Assembly: GCF_026571515.1 (NCBI RefSeq)
Contig: NW_026852589.1
Coordinates: forward strand, 1-64,000
Direction of reading: 5' to 3'
DNA from: Ruditapes philippinarum
Taxonomy: Eukaryota
Length of the DNA stretch: 64,000 nt
Shown here: one piece after another, positions 13,630-26,901 of the stretch
Layout: every line of letters begins with the position of its first letter
Numbering within the stretch: position 1 is the first letter of the stretch
Translations under genes and position numbers: made by a program
The notes under the pieces: generated by a model
Seen by the model: the letters and a program-made list of their open reading frames with translations, nothing else
Told to the model about the DNA's origin: nothing
The model's database searches: none

Positions 13630-16024
13630 GTTGTTGTGGTTTTGGTTCGTTGAATTTATCTGTAACCCTGCAGTCATTAAATTTATCTGCTAATATAACA
13701 TTAATCATTAAATGCTTTGTCATATTGTTGATCTTTACATACATATTTTTATTATTATATATTTTCCCTAAAGGTTTTTTCTCAGTTGTGCCATGAAAAA
13801 AATATATAAAAATACAATAAAAGGTTGAAATGAATGAAATCAGGTTAACGTTTGTTTAGTTTATTCATTAAATCGTTCTCCACATTTTGTAAAATAAAAT
13901 AATAGTATATGAAAAATTATAAATGTTGAAATAAAATTGATGTAAACAATATTGACAAAATCAGGGGCCGTTTAATATATATTCGCAAGACAAAAATAAA
14001 CGAATAAAGATAAATACATATTTAAAATGATAAAACAATCCGGAATTTGAAATACTAGTGATTGTTAGTAAAATTCATTTTTATTTCTTAAACGTAGAAA
14101 TTGCCTTCGATGCATAGGTCACATGACGCATGAGATTTTGTCAAGTACAAATTTGGTTCAAGTTTTATTGTTAATGCATGCTTCTCTGAATTATTCAACG
14201 TTGATTACATCAGGTGAATGATAAATATCGAATGTATCAATTAAACTTGATATAAATTTTTCTTCAGACATAATCTTCAATTCCATCAATATTACTGAGA
14301 TGAAACCGGAATTTTGTACATTTACATTATTTTCCAAGACTCAATTACCAATAATTTGACAGGCCCAGTTTATGGTTACAAAATATAGGCCAATCATTTC
14401 TAAACCAAGCAATCAATAACTTTCTCGTCATTGTTATTTATCTAATATCCTTACTGCATTGTATGATTTTTATTGCTTCAACGATATTTAAAATACATTA
14501 TTGGGATATACTTTAAGGATTTTTTTCCAGTTTACTAGTAGTTTTGCGTATAAGGTTACTGCAAAATTGAAACATAAGAATATGGTATAATGTCATTGAC
14601 TGATGTCTCAGTAATAGTATATTATAATGATATATGTTGTGAATGTAATGTAGAAAGGAACATGTTTTGTCTTCTTTCAACAAGCAGCATTCTATATTTC
14701 AAATATTGTTAACATAATGCATTTGCACTTATATCACATTTTCGGCTGATTAGTCGCCTAAATGAACTTCTTAATCTACACAAGCAAACTAAAAAATCTA
14801 CAAAATGGTCGAAACAATTAACGAACTCACAGATTAAAATGCATTGTGAAAAGTTGTTCTCCGTTTAACCAGTTTACTAGAAATAGCGTTTAAGGGTGAC
14901 GTGATAGACAGCAGAAAAAGCTCAATGATTAAATTCATCTTTGCTGTGTTTCTACAAAATACTAAAATAAGACATTTTTACATAACAATCACAGATTCAG
15001 TTTATGGCCTGATACTGTACTCGGATAGAAAAGGAAACTGTTATTCTTGACGTGTATTTTTGTGACTTACTTCTTTTGTGCACTTTCCCGCCGTTCTTTA
15101 GATTTTGGTTCAGCTCCAGTTGTCCTCATATACATTACAGATTGTAATCAGCTTTAAAAAAGAACTGTTCATAAGTTAGCCCGCTACACTACCTATTCAA
15201 ACCCTTGTATTGTGAAGAACAATTGAATTCTTAAAGACATCGTTTTCGAGTCAAATTAACTTGTTAAAGATGTTACATAGTAAACATTGACTAGATATAT
15301 ATTTGAGAATTCTTAAATGTTTTCATGTGAAACTATAACCTGCTATTTAATGTTTTTTTATAACATTATCAAATTATTTTGTTTATTTCTATCCAACACA
15401 TTTTGAAATCAATCTGAAGGTGCTTCCCTATTTACCAGTGTAGGCTTTCGTCTTATTTTAGTTGATATTCCACAGGGTTTAAATAAATGTAGAAACGTAG
15501 CAAATAATTCAATTTTGCATTTGATTAACTTTCTCCGGTTTTCTTTAGTTAAACATTAAACGTGATTTCTGATGAAAAAGGAAAAAACCTGTATTGAGTA
15601 ACTGTAAAATATATTCTAATTAACATTTTTCTGTAAATGAAGTTTAGTTTTTTTGTATATCCAAACAAATAAATTATATGTTTTGAAAAATGCATCAAGA
15701 GTGTCAATCATATATACTCCGCAAAAATGTGTTTTTCTCTGCAACTGGATGACTGATTTATCAGGTATTTTACACCGGTATGTAGCTTTGATACCGTTTG
15801 CCTGAGTGTGTGTTTTACTTTCTTTTTTTTCTCATAAAAAAAAATAAACAGTGTTAAAAATCCGATAAGCAACAAACAGACCGATATTCCTTCAATTCTA
15901 ACAAATTAACTAACAAATTAAAAGGGGGATAAGTAACGCTACTTTTTGTAAGCGGAGAATATTTCAGTTGCCGATTTTCTTAACAGGTGGGTATTGCGCA
16001 ACTTCCTTTCGCTAAGGTAAAGAG

Positions 16025-16420
16025 GATGTTCAAGTTTTATACAGTATTCATTTTCATCGAGTGGTATTGAAACAAATATTTCACGAGTGGTGGTAGCCTC
16101 ATGTGAAAGATGATAATGTTTATACCACCGGATGAAAATAAATCCTGTATGTATTGAAAAGAACTTGATTTTTTGTTTGTGTTTAATAAATACATTTTCT
16201 CTTTTTGGCCTTACCTTACAATTCTTAAGAAGTCTTCTTTAATTGTGTGTATTGGCTGAGTTAAGAAGAAAGTAGTCCGGCAAGTTACCAGTGAAAATAC
16301 AGAAAATAAGTTTCACTGCATTGAAACATTCTTTTTACAGGGAAAATACGGACAATGAAAATACGCATTTTATTTCATCAATATTTCTCCATTTTTTATG
16401 TATAAGTATATAATTAATCG
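16025..16420. mobile_element. Short non-autonomous element with an internal palindrome, present only in copy 1
   Basis: TTTTCATCGAGTGGTAT...ATACCACCGGATGAAAA forms an imperfect inverted repeat (about 16051-16138). Copy 2 joins GCTAAGGTA directly to ATTATTAAAG at about 42610-42630. Confidence 0.65.
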
Positions 16421-16569
16421 CGTTATTAAAGAATATAAAAAAATATAAAACATGTTTCATCGAATTATTCAAGAACCGTTTAATCAGGCTTTAAACAATT
16501 TAAACTTCAGACTGGACTGTATAATGTTTGCATCGGTGCTTGACTAATAATTAAATTTTGTCAAATTCA

Positions 16570-16670
16570 AATGACGTCATCTTATAGCGCCTTTATGAAT
16601 GCATTACATATATAGGATGACGTCATCACGCTGCGTACGAATTGGCGCAGATTTTTCTTATATACATTGC
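16570..16670 (+). promoter_or_regulatory. Candidate CRE/CRE/CCAAT/TATA-like promoter or enhancer
   Basis: Two perfect TGACGTCA sites (16572, 16618), then ATTGGCGCAG (inverted CCAAT), then TTATATAC. The paralog at 42784-42880 keeps TGACGT twice, ATTGGCGCAG and TATATAAA with similar spacing. Confidence 0.45.
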
Positions 16671-18754
16671 ACCAACTGGTGTAGGAAGAAAGATTTGGCG
16701 TTAATGTTTGTTAGATTCATTTTGCCGATATGAAACGAAAATATAATAAGAACGCGTTTTTATTGCTTCCTTGAAAAAAGACTTTATTAATTTCTTTATC
16801 CAAAGGAGAAAAAGAGCCGCATAGAAATGTAATCTGACAGTTTAACAATCTTGTAATTGTATATCTAGTCATCTAACTCTTTATTTGTGTTTCTCAAGTT
16901 ATATAATTATCTCTATGCGTAAACCTTTTTCGGTTGCCGACCACTAAATACCCTATATCCACCTGACGTAAACACCTTAATTATTAGTCTAAATCTTCGA
17001 TGAAAGTTACATTTCTATATCAAGAAGTTTAAAGACAAAAATCAGTTGTTTTTTTTTTAATTTTTTAAAATTACTTTGAACAGTCTTATATTGAATAAAT
17101 GTTAATTTAATAAACATTATTGAATTCAGAGTAAAGATGCTAATTATGTTCAGTGATTTAAATAGGTAAAAGCAATCTTAATTTTCAATGACAGGCGAAT
17201 TCGAATGTTGTTATTTCATATAAATGAATAAAGTTAACTTATTTTTAGAATGAAGGTACATTTTCCGATAAGTGAAAAAAACGTGAACACGTCAAACGTT
17301 AAATTTGTTTTTTTTTCAATTATTGATCTGGTAAAAGTACATTTGACTGTCTTATATCCAAATAACCTCATTTTTATAAACCTTATTGATAAACAGATTT
17401 TATTCAGTGATGTGGATATGCTTAAGCAATATTTGATTTTTTTTTCTTATTCTTCCTCTTTTCTTCTTGATGATAACACTTCTTCTCATTTAACAGAAAT
17501 GAAAGATCTTTATTTCTGTAAAAAACACCACTTTCCGGTTGTTCTGTGTTGCTGGATCGTGTAGGGGGTGCATTTACTGAATATCACCTTTCCTTGTTTA
17601 ACTACATTTTCATATTTCACATATGTATTGTTTATTTGTATGCAATAGAACCTTTTCATATGTTATCATTTATATCTCTCAGGAATACTTCTATATTTAC
17701 ATGATAAAAGTTTGTTATTACAAAGAATGATACTCTTAACAACTGAATCACATTTCCTGAACTGAACTGATATGACATCAGCATTAAAAGATTGAAAACG
17801 ATACTTTGAAAATAACGTCATATTTCCAACCTGCTGTGAAATGATGGTTATTTGCAAACTGATGTAAGTTTGATACTCTCAGTTGTTGAAATGATATGAA
17901 CAACATTTCACATTTAAATCGTTGTGCAATTAGAATATAGCACAGGTCAGAAACATAAACTTTCATTGTATAAAGTTTGTATATTCGAACACCCCTCATG
18001 TAAGTGATAATTTCATTTGTCATTATTTATAAAACTATAAATAAATTTTCTTCTTATTTTTTATTAACATATCTCTATAATGAGAAACAGAACATTTATA
18101 AAATAAATTTAAGTGTGGTTATTAAAACTAACCATACAGCATTGCTGTTAGTACGCATATATATACGTAAGCGTGGGTAAGCGTGACTGAATATCATCAT
18201 CATTTTTACAGTAAGTCAAGCAAGCAATACATATAACTTTATCCCAAATTATACATTTATAATGATTTATTTGTATGCATGAACATCACGATACTACTTT
18301 GTTCACATTTTTTCTACTTTTATGACTAAGTTTGAGTGCAGCGCTAGTCACACAAGGTAACATTAATATCTTCAATATTACATTTTTTTAAGGTTAACAA
18401 TACCGCGTTTTCATACACATAAAGATGAAGGCAGCCTTAATTCGGTCAGCTTAGTGAAACTACAGGCTAGGACATTTCATTAAAACAAAGAAATAACAAT
18501 ATAATTATTGTGTAAAAGACACATTGGACTACATAGAAGAGAACAATATTGAATAACCTCATCAAAAACATGCAGAAACAGTAGTCAAGCTAAGATTCAT
18601 CATTTTTTGCCATTATTGCGTTTGACTTTTGTCTGTACTGCTGTAATGTGTTACTTAATAGTATGTGGTTTTTTGCCGAAAAGCTACTCTAAGCCAGGGT
18701 GAAAAGGACGTTTGAAACTGATTCGTTTTTCAAGATATCTTTCCTTGCCACAAA

Positions 18755-18920
18755 AATGTCACCAGTAGCAGACAAATCCGTTTTTATCCGTCATCAGTTA
18801 TTATGATATAAAAAGACATTTCTGGATAACAGTTCTTCATTATCGGATTATGAAGAAGAGAATGTCTTCCTACAACATTTTTATAAACATTTTATGAAGC
18901 TTATATTGTCACAATATGAT
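18755..18920. promoter_or_regulatory. Highly conserved non-coding element (candidate enhancer)
   Basis: About 7 differences in 165 bp against 47920-48085, while the flanks are much more diverged. An older paralog lies at 8590-8745. A 1-nt indel and an in-frame TGA argue against coding. Confidence 0.5.
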
Positions 18921-20794
18921 GGAATTTAAATAGATACTTTCATCTGTATACATAAGTCCAGCTTAACCCACTTTCAAAAACTATACAAACTAAAAAGGCG
19001 TATACATGCTTGTTGTAACTGTAAAAACTTTGATAAGATTATTACGAAATCTAGACTAGCATGCTATACAAATTGAGTGTATCAAAGTATTCTTGAAACT
19101 ATTAACTCCAAACCGCTACTGGAATGAAGTTTTTTTTGATGTTGACATTTTCTAGCACCTCATAAACAAAGTGTCTGTTGAAAGAAATTGGAATGTTTGT
19201 AGAAACTTTAAGTTCCTAACTTAAAATCGACATTTAATTTGCTCTCATTACCAAATCAAACAGGATTTGCATATTTGGTTATTGTATTTGAAAGAAAACA
19301 AATTGTCGTTCAGGATTTAAGTATTGTATTTTCAATGGTTTCGTTTTCTTGTTTTAATCCGTGTGTTTAGTTCAATAGGGATAGTATCAAATTTGCAGGT
19401 CAGGCATCGACAATTCAATCTTAAAGAAGGTAAAATGTATCAGAGTTAAATAATTTCGGACATTGAGTCTAATTGTCAGTGTCTTTCACCGCTTATTCAG
19501 AAATTGGAAATAGTCGCAGGAAGCAATAACTGGTTACGTATCAAGGTTTGCCGGTTGGATTGACTTACCGCTGAGATATATTGAACATAAAATTGCCTTA
19601 ACACCGACACAATAATGGTATACCATCGGGACTTGATTTAAATTATACGGCATTTATAATTTGTTTATTTTTTTATCTTTTTTTTAAATTCCGTTAAGTA
19701 GGCATATTTTTTTATTTTAACAATCAGTCCTTGCATTTTATTTAAGGTACAAGCAAGACAGTTCGTGTTAGTTATTTTCTTTTTACTCCACGAAGTTTAA
19801 ACGATTGTGTAAATAAACCAAATCAATAAATAAGTAATACTTAAGCAATACGAGAATAATAATAAAAAATAATTACAATAGTAAAATGGACTGCTGATAA
19901 TATCGACGCTAAAAGAGCTTTTAAACTAATAAATTTTACGAACTTCCAGTCGCGGTGGTATGTGGCTAGTTATATCTACATTTGCTCTTTGCGTCACTGC
20001 TTTGATTATATACTTGTTTTTGTTCTTGTTATAACATACTTTAATACATTTATTTTATTATTATAAAGATTGAGTTACCAAATGTTATCAACAAAACAAA
20101 TTTATTTATTAGCAAATTTAGTGTCAATTCGTTTGGTTAAAGTACATTGCACTTAGTTATGCTGCATTAAACACAATTTTGTTCAACATACCGATGCCAC
20201 AGGAATTTAACAGATTATCTGCTCGGTGAATGACATTTATTAGCAAGGTTAACGTTTGAAAAAAGTGGCATTATGATGATTTTGATCTCTGTTAAATTGA
20301 GCCGAATTAACTTTTAATTTCAAAAGATTCTCTATTACCTTGAAATTATTATCCATCATTTACAATATAGTATGGCAATGCTATTTCTTCTTTAATATAT
20401 AAGAATCTTTATTTTATATAAAATGAATAAACGCAATTTTCGGGAAGCTATAAATAATCGATGCATTCACGTTTAAAATCTCAAAACGCATAAACACAAT
20501 TTTAAAATAATGTTTCTGAAATTTGAAACAAAATGCCGTTTGTTCATTAACATCCGTTTTTTTTATTTTGTTTGTTTGTTTTATGTCGCTGAATCAAAAA
20601 TTTACGTTGTAAGTTATTTTATAAAATATTGGACAGAAAAGAAAAACACATCTGATAGGAATTCATCAACATAGGAGTTGAAACCTACCAATAGATTAAT
20701 TGACATCCTTTCTGGTGAAGAAAGTGTTCGTGTTCGGTAGATGAAACAATTTAAAACCTTTTAAAAAAATAATGCATTTTTTATAGCAATCATA

Positions 20795-21015
20795 TTGAAA
20801 CGGGTGATGCAATTCCGTACTATATTTGTAATTGCCAAACAACTGTCACTTAAATTGTATGCCTTTCATCAAAGATAAGATTAATGCAAGGCGGCAAACG
20901 TAAATATAGTGATAATATAGTATGTGTATTGTTGAGACATTCATAAATTTTAATGAATACGTAATGAAGCTCTTAATGCATGGCGGAGTTTTTATGGAAG
21001 ACAACTGACAAAATA
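20795..21015. promoter_or_regulatory. Conserved non-coding element (candidate enhancer)
   Basis: High identity to 50455-50675. ATCAAAG (TCF-like), CTGTCA, TTTATGG and TAAT motifs are retained. Confidence 0.45.
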
Positions 21016-21199
21016 ATGATACAATGTTGTTTTTAATTAAAATTAGCATGTTCAATGTCATATTCATGAAAAATGAACAGAGATGTTATATGATCATCTT
21101 TTATTACAAAAAAACAGCAGAAGCATACTCTGTGGTAAATAAATAAATCAATTGATAAAAGTTAACTTTATCGCATAAATTATGGCACAGGAGTATAAC

Positions 21200-21320
21200 A
21201 CAGGCAGGTAGTTAGGTAGTTAGGATGGTAGGCAGGCAGGTAGACAGGCAGAGGCAGACAGGCAGGCAGGTTGGCAGGTAGGTAAAAGTAAAGTAAGTAA
21301 GTGAGTGAGCGAGTGTGTAT
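21200..21320 (+). repeat. Degenerate (GGCA/GGTA)n and (GTGA)n microsatellite
   Basis: caggcaggtagttaggtag...ggcaggcagg...gtgagtgagc. Copy 2 has a (GTGC)n tract at the equivalent position (about 50935-50985). Confidence 0.85.
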
Positions 21321-21794
21321 TAAAGTCGTTTTTCATCTCTTTTTATTCGTGATTTCGCTCTTGGTCACGTATCAATTATTATTTCTATTTATTTATTTTT
21401 AATAACATTTAGTTTATGTTCCAATATTATTTTTTGTATTATCTGGAGGTCACCATATCAATTTATGTTCTATTTTTAAACAGTATTTTGCGGCCAAGCT
21501 TTAATTTAATTTATTTATTATTCTAACCCTATCGGAGATTTATCGTTATGTTATATACACATTTGATCGTATTTTGCAATAAATATTCTGTATTTCGCTT
21601 GAAAAATGTAAAGTGTATTAAAATGAAAACACACAATGAAAACAGCCGTTAAAGAACGTGCGCTTCTAGCAAAACGTTTAAATTGCAAACTCCGAAACGT
21701 AAACAGATTTTAACCACCAAGCATATAGTCCAGCTTTATTTTTTCTTGGCGTGTTAGAATGGAAATATATATTTATTCGTCGTGCAATATATAG

Positions 21795-22230
21795 CGGGTA
21801 TCGAATGAGTGTCAGTTTAATTCTGAATTTCTTGAATGAGTTGCATAAAATTATAACATACGAGCCTCTGATAAGCATATTATTATTTTATATATTCGGT
21901 TATGAACTTTCACGAATTTTACTTTCTCATTATCATATACCTATAATAAAGACCACTTAATGTTAAAAATAATCATTTTTTTATTGTGGCGTCTAAAGTA
22001 TAACGCTAACACTTCGCGCGTCTTAACGTTATGTTTGTATAACGCAAATGACGTCAATTCAAAATATATTTGCAATACCATTGTTACGGAGTTGCAAAAA
22101 CGACACGGATATTTGATAAATAGAGGATATTGAATGAGTGTATGTTTAATACTGAATTTATTGAACGAGTTGAATAAAATTATATTATGCGAGCCCCTGG
22201 CGATTTTTTGTTACGTTTTATTTGAGTTTA
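21795..22230 (+). mobile_element. MITE-like fragments at the end of duplication copy 1
   Basis: About 75-bp direct repeat GAATGAGTGT..TTTAAT.CTGAATTT.TTGAA.GAGTTG.ATAAAATTATA...CGAGCC.CTG at 21803-21870 and 22132-22200. A related ATAGAGGATAT occurs at 51758, the end of copy 2. Confidence 0.55.
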
Positions 22231-25200
22231 CACAACGTGAGGAGGTGCTATCTTCCTTTTCAACAGGACCGATGCAGTTAATTGCTAACAAGCAACTTTC
22301 AGCTAACAGGTTTCAATTCTGAAATAATTCGTACATTGTATTGTATTAAAATAATTGATGTCATTTGAGAACATTTACTAACATACGCACTGTGCATAAA
22401 ACTTCGTGTTTAAGGACGGAACTAATTATATTTGAGAGTAAAAGATATACATCGCTTTTGGAATGCTTCCTCGTTAATGACGTCCGATGTGCATTATTTT
22501 CAGTAATAAATACTAGTATATATACCAAACACAATAATAATTGCCGTCATTGCAAAATAAATGTAACAAACTAATCCTTAGATAAAAATATCAGAAATGA
22601 AGTAAAAATTAATTACTTTTTAGTCGTCTTTATAAAACAATGATTATGTTATGTATGGTTTTACCAACGACTTTTGTTTTTTGCAGAAAAAATTCGATGT
22701 CGGTTTTATTTTATCATTGTCCCACACGCTTAACTACACAATTACTTTTTTTATACCGTTTTGCTTTCATTTAATTAGATCGTTAATGTTCTCATCTAGT
22801 TTCGTATGAGTTTCCTAGTAATTGAATTGTTAATTATCTGCTATAATATTAACGGACTCTCCCATTCCTCTCAACGTCCGTGTTCCCCTTTCTGCCCGTG
22901 GCTTACCAATTATTCTGTGTGGTAGTTTATTGCAAGGGGATAATGTTTTGTAAGTGCTGCTGTTCCATGTTAATAATTTATATCATATTTCCGAAGAAGT
23001 TGGGTGTAAAAATAAAGCTCGATGTACTTAATTGCATGATTGCATTGTTGATATGTATAATTGCATGTATCCTTTTGTAAATAAACAATGGAATGTGTTC
23101 TTAAAATTTGTATTTTCAATCGATTGATCATAAATACGAATACACATAAACATATATTCATGTATATTTTAAACTTTAGTATTTATCATTCGGCAGATTA
23201 TATTGAAAAATCATTACAAAAAGTACACTAAAAGAAGAAGTTGTTTGTTTACTTAATAAACAATAGTGTGTGTGTTTTTAAATTGTATTTGTATTCAAGG
23301 GATGAATTATATAACACAAAGCACTATTTGATGCACTTAATACAAGCAAAAACTTAAAATTATGAAGTGTTTTTTTCTGACAATCAAATAATCAAATATC
23401 AATCCAGTAGAGAAATTAGATAATCTATTAGGTTATGTGTAACTTGACAAATTCTATGGAAATCTAAGTCACCATTAAAAGCAAACATTCTGTTTCATCA
23501 GCTATATCTAATCCATTGACTTATTTTTATTTAACATTCTCATTTAATTATTTTCCTTTTTTTCTTTTAGATTTACTGTTTGATACATTGCAATAAGATA
23601 AAATGCAGACACGTTCCTTATTTTAAATGTATCGCCTTCCGTATGTTAACATGTTTTGATTAAAAAATAAACAAACTTAATTAAGTGTTAGAAGTCACAG
23701 CATCAGTGGATATTTGCAGGTCTTTAAGAAGAGATAATGTATTTTCAGCTACAACAAAAACGGAAATACACAAATAACACTTTCTTAAGACGACAATGTT
23801 CTAGTTACTTTTATCACCTGTATCATACGTATAATGTTTTGTCGGATCTGACTAATACGACCAATACAATTTCGATGCACTTGAGCCTTAAAACGTAAAT
23901 CTCGGACGGTCTGTCATTGAAACTTGTATGGCATAAATGTTCAACATCTTATATAATAAGCCAATTAGCATTATTGTTGTTCAATATGTAATGAAAACTG
24001 ATTCTTTAAGCGACAATTTGTTCAATACAAGATTTGCCAGTATGTCCTTGTCTGAGTTCGGCCAAGTCATCATTTTCTCTTTAGATTTTCTATTTGCCTT
24101 ACACCTATCTATATTTTGAGTACAACATTATTCATTCTTTGTTTTTGCTTTCTTAGCTTATTTGTGTGGTAAGAAGAAAACTCGATGATATATTTAAAAT
24201 TATAGATTTTAACTAAATGTTTGTACAAGCATTTGTACCATGTGCTCATTTCTCATTAAATAAGGAAACAATTATTTAAAGTTGTTAGGCGTTGCAAAAT
24301 ATTTGCCAATCGTTAATGCATCGTAATATAAGAATGTTTAAGGTGAATATATACAAGTTACCATTATTGTTTAGATCCATGAACAAAGCTATTATTAGCA
24401 ATTTGATTGCACTTTGCATATATCATTTGTTTACTTACCTTTGATAACAACTTATAGAAATACTATTTTGAAGATATTTGTTCGTGGTAAGTTATAGCTA
24501 AGATGTTGATTCTCTTTTTATATCCTTGAACTAAGTGCAATATGTGAACACATTATCACCAATGTTTTTATGCCCATTGGTCCTAATGACACATCATCTT
24601 GTGATAAAAGTCTTTGCTGTCAATTGATAATTGCTTTGCTACTTGTATAATTAAGTAAATATCACATTTATGGCTCTTTATGGCTCCCCTGTGATGCAGT
24701 TTCTCTGAAATATTGTTATCAATGAATGTTTTGTCCAAGATTTCAATGTCGTTACTTCAGTTTATGAAGGCCGTAATGAGACAGACTATTATGGAAACAT
24801 TTCAGTGTGAGACATTATTTTGCTTTTTGCCATTTAAATTAAAATATGAATTTGCAATAGTTATTTCTTCCAAACACTTACTTACATAAAGACGCACAAG
24901 GTTTATGGATTAAAGATCGATACGGACTGGAAAACAAATCAGATAAAGTTTCTGCGGAAGTAAAGTTGCGAACCAAAGTATTCTGCAATATATTACACAA
25001 AGATGTGCTTAAGTATTTTGCACTGAAGTTAAATTAACGTTTTTCTTGACAAAATATTCCACATTCAGTGCTCTCTTCTTCAGTTGGTTAATTTTTCACA
25101 TGTTCTCAATACACGATAACAACATAATTGAACATATGTATTCCCCTTCAACACAGTATAGACTATTTATGTTTGAGGCTTGATATGTCTTAAATCCTTA

Positions 25201-25914
25201 TCCATTATGTCTTTCCTCGGGGTAACTAACCTGCAAGTAAATCTTGGTAAGTCCAAATTAATCTTTGTTTACTTATTGAATAAATGAAGACTTTATATGC
25301 AATTTCTTAAGGATAATTCCTAAAGAAAGAAAAATCCTGACATGTCCACCTAGTGATTATATAGTTCAAACGTTCTTATTTATTCATGTTCAAGATAAAA
25401 CATTTCACCACGGCATGTTGTTGTTTATAATATCTTTACAATAAAAAGTAGTTAACTGTTTCAGGAAACAAAATAGTTTAACGAAGTTGGTTGAATGTCA
25501 TTATTCTGATAATGAGCATAATAATATGCAAACACTTAATTTTGTAAATAGAATATAAGCCAAAACCACTCTTGCTGGTGAGCTAGCTATTCAACAACAG
25601 GGTTTATGTGCCATAAAACGTTACAATATTATTGGAATTAACCATGAACAAAAAGTGACTAATTCTTAACATTTGAAATTAATTATGCAAACCACAACGA
25701 GAGCAAATTTGGAGAGTGTATATTTATTATATATACAATTTAAAACAAAAATCTTTGTAGCTTATATGATTATTTATAAAACATTTTCTTCTTTTCCAAC
25801 AAAAGACAAAAACGCTGTAGCCATTTAAATTCTTACAACTTTTGTCTTTAATACACTGTTTTTACGCCAATCTTGCACCTATTGAATAACACGAGATTAC
25901 ATGTAAAATGTTTT

Positions 25915-26212
25915 GATTTTTTTTTTTTGTTGTTTTTTATTGGGGGGGGGGGGGGCTTACGTCACATCGACACAGTATAGCTCACATCGCGACGTTTCAG
26001 CTTTACTGTTGGAGGAAGACCTCAGGTGCCTTTTCGTTTATTATTTCAGGCACGAACGGTACCTGAGTAGAACCACCGAAGTTCTGCAAGCTAGCTGGAT
26101 AGCTTCCTGACATGAAAGAATAATAAAGTCCCTGTCGGGATTCGAACCCACAGCGGTGAGGGGCAAGTGGTTTGAAGTCAACGACCTTTACCACTCGGCC
26201 ACCAACGCCCCA
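25915..26212 (-). mobile_element. Full-length tRNA-derived SINE (bivalve SINE2-type, possibly V-domain related)
   Basis: The minus strand reads GGGGCGTTGGTGGCCGAGTGG (A box) ... GGTTCGAATCCC (B box), then a core CGGTGGTTCTACTCAGGTACC...GGCACCTGAGGTCTTCCTCC and an A-rich tail. TSD AAAATGTTTT at 25905-25914 and 26213-26222. Confidence 0.92.
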
Positions 26213-26901
26213 AAAATGTTTTTAGATCTTATATAAAATTGACATGTAAATTACTTTTATCAGCAAATCTGATTATTTGTATATTGGTTATACAAATAGC
26301 AGAACATAGATGAATAATGATACTAAAAGCTTTTAAATTACGAAACATAATAAAGAAATTTCATTTCCTATAGATTCGTTATTCGCTTTTCCCGAGTTTT
26401 CACACAAATGATTATTTAATTTAGACAAAATAAAAAGTCGACGACATAAAAAAACAACGGTATTATCTGCGATAAAAAGTTTTGTATTTGAAATGTTTAT
26501 GTCCTGTTTGTTTTAACATCGTATACATGTACAAACTGGTTATATGTAACAACTTTCATAAATTATTAATTTGATTCAGTCTATGGTTTTAATGTATAAC
26601 TGTGTTATGCCATCTAAATACCCATTGCCGATTTAACGTGACTTTCGTTTTATTGTGTATTGTGAAATTTTAGTTTATTACAAACGTTACTGGCAATTTG
26701 TTAAATTGTTCCTGATTATCATATCAAGATATTCTATAATATTAAAGTTGCATTTCAAATTAATTGTTTGAGCTTCCTGTAAAGTATATATGTTTATTTA
26801 TTATACTTGTCTTCAAAAACCGATGGGAATGTTTAAGAATATATTCATCTAATTATTGAAATATTTTAATTATGTGATTTGCAATATGATAATATGCATA
26901 T

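Larger units (their letters stand above)
2000..21790 (+). repeat. Tandem segmental duplication, copy 1 (about 20 kb)
   Basis: Collinear matches to copy 2: 2040~24381 (GAACAAAGCTAT..ATTAGCA), 2300~24610, 2810~26310, 5115~26830, 5520~31925, 6350~33060, 7880~34610, 9640~38322, 11050~39900, 12620~40720, 14330~41075, 16570~42784, 18755~47920, 20800~50460, 21645~51615. Weaker similarity may extend left to about 900~23140. Confidence 0.95.

Noticed and set aside
13449-13796. ORFs spanning the N gap
   Set aside because: They are open only because of the N characters.
17250-17564. ORFs 17250-17564 and 45601-45804 sharing DNxSSHxTxxKDLYFC
   Set aside because: This is expected from DNA-level duplication. 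The frame differs upstream, the starts are not shared, and the composition is low-complexity and AT-driven.
18756-18930. MSPVADKSVFIRHQLL*YKKTF... as a selenoprotein or readthrough ORF
   Set aside because: The paralog at 47921 has a 1-nt indel just after the TGA that leads to an early stop. No SECIS was recognised.
19370-19610. Possible degraded SINE (ACCGCTGAGATATA...GCCTTAACACC tail-like sequence)
   Set aside because: Too degenerate, with no clear A/B boxes or TSD.
22828-23087. Possible solo LTR or LINE 3' end (TGT...AATAAACA)
   Set aside because: No convincing TSD and no second copy.
25913-26194. ORFs 25913-26110 and 26003-26194; tRNA-like head at 26130-26211
   Set aside because: All lie within a SINE that has a TSD and tail. 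Not a protein gene or a true tRNA gene.
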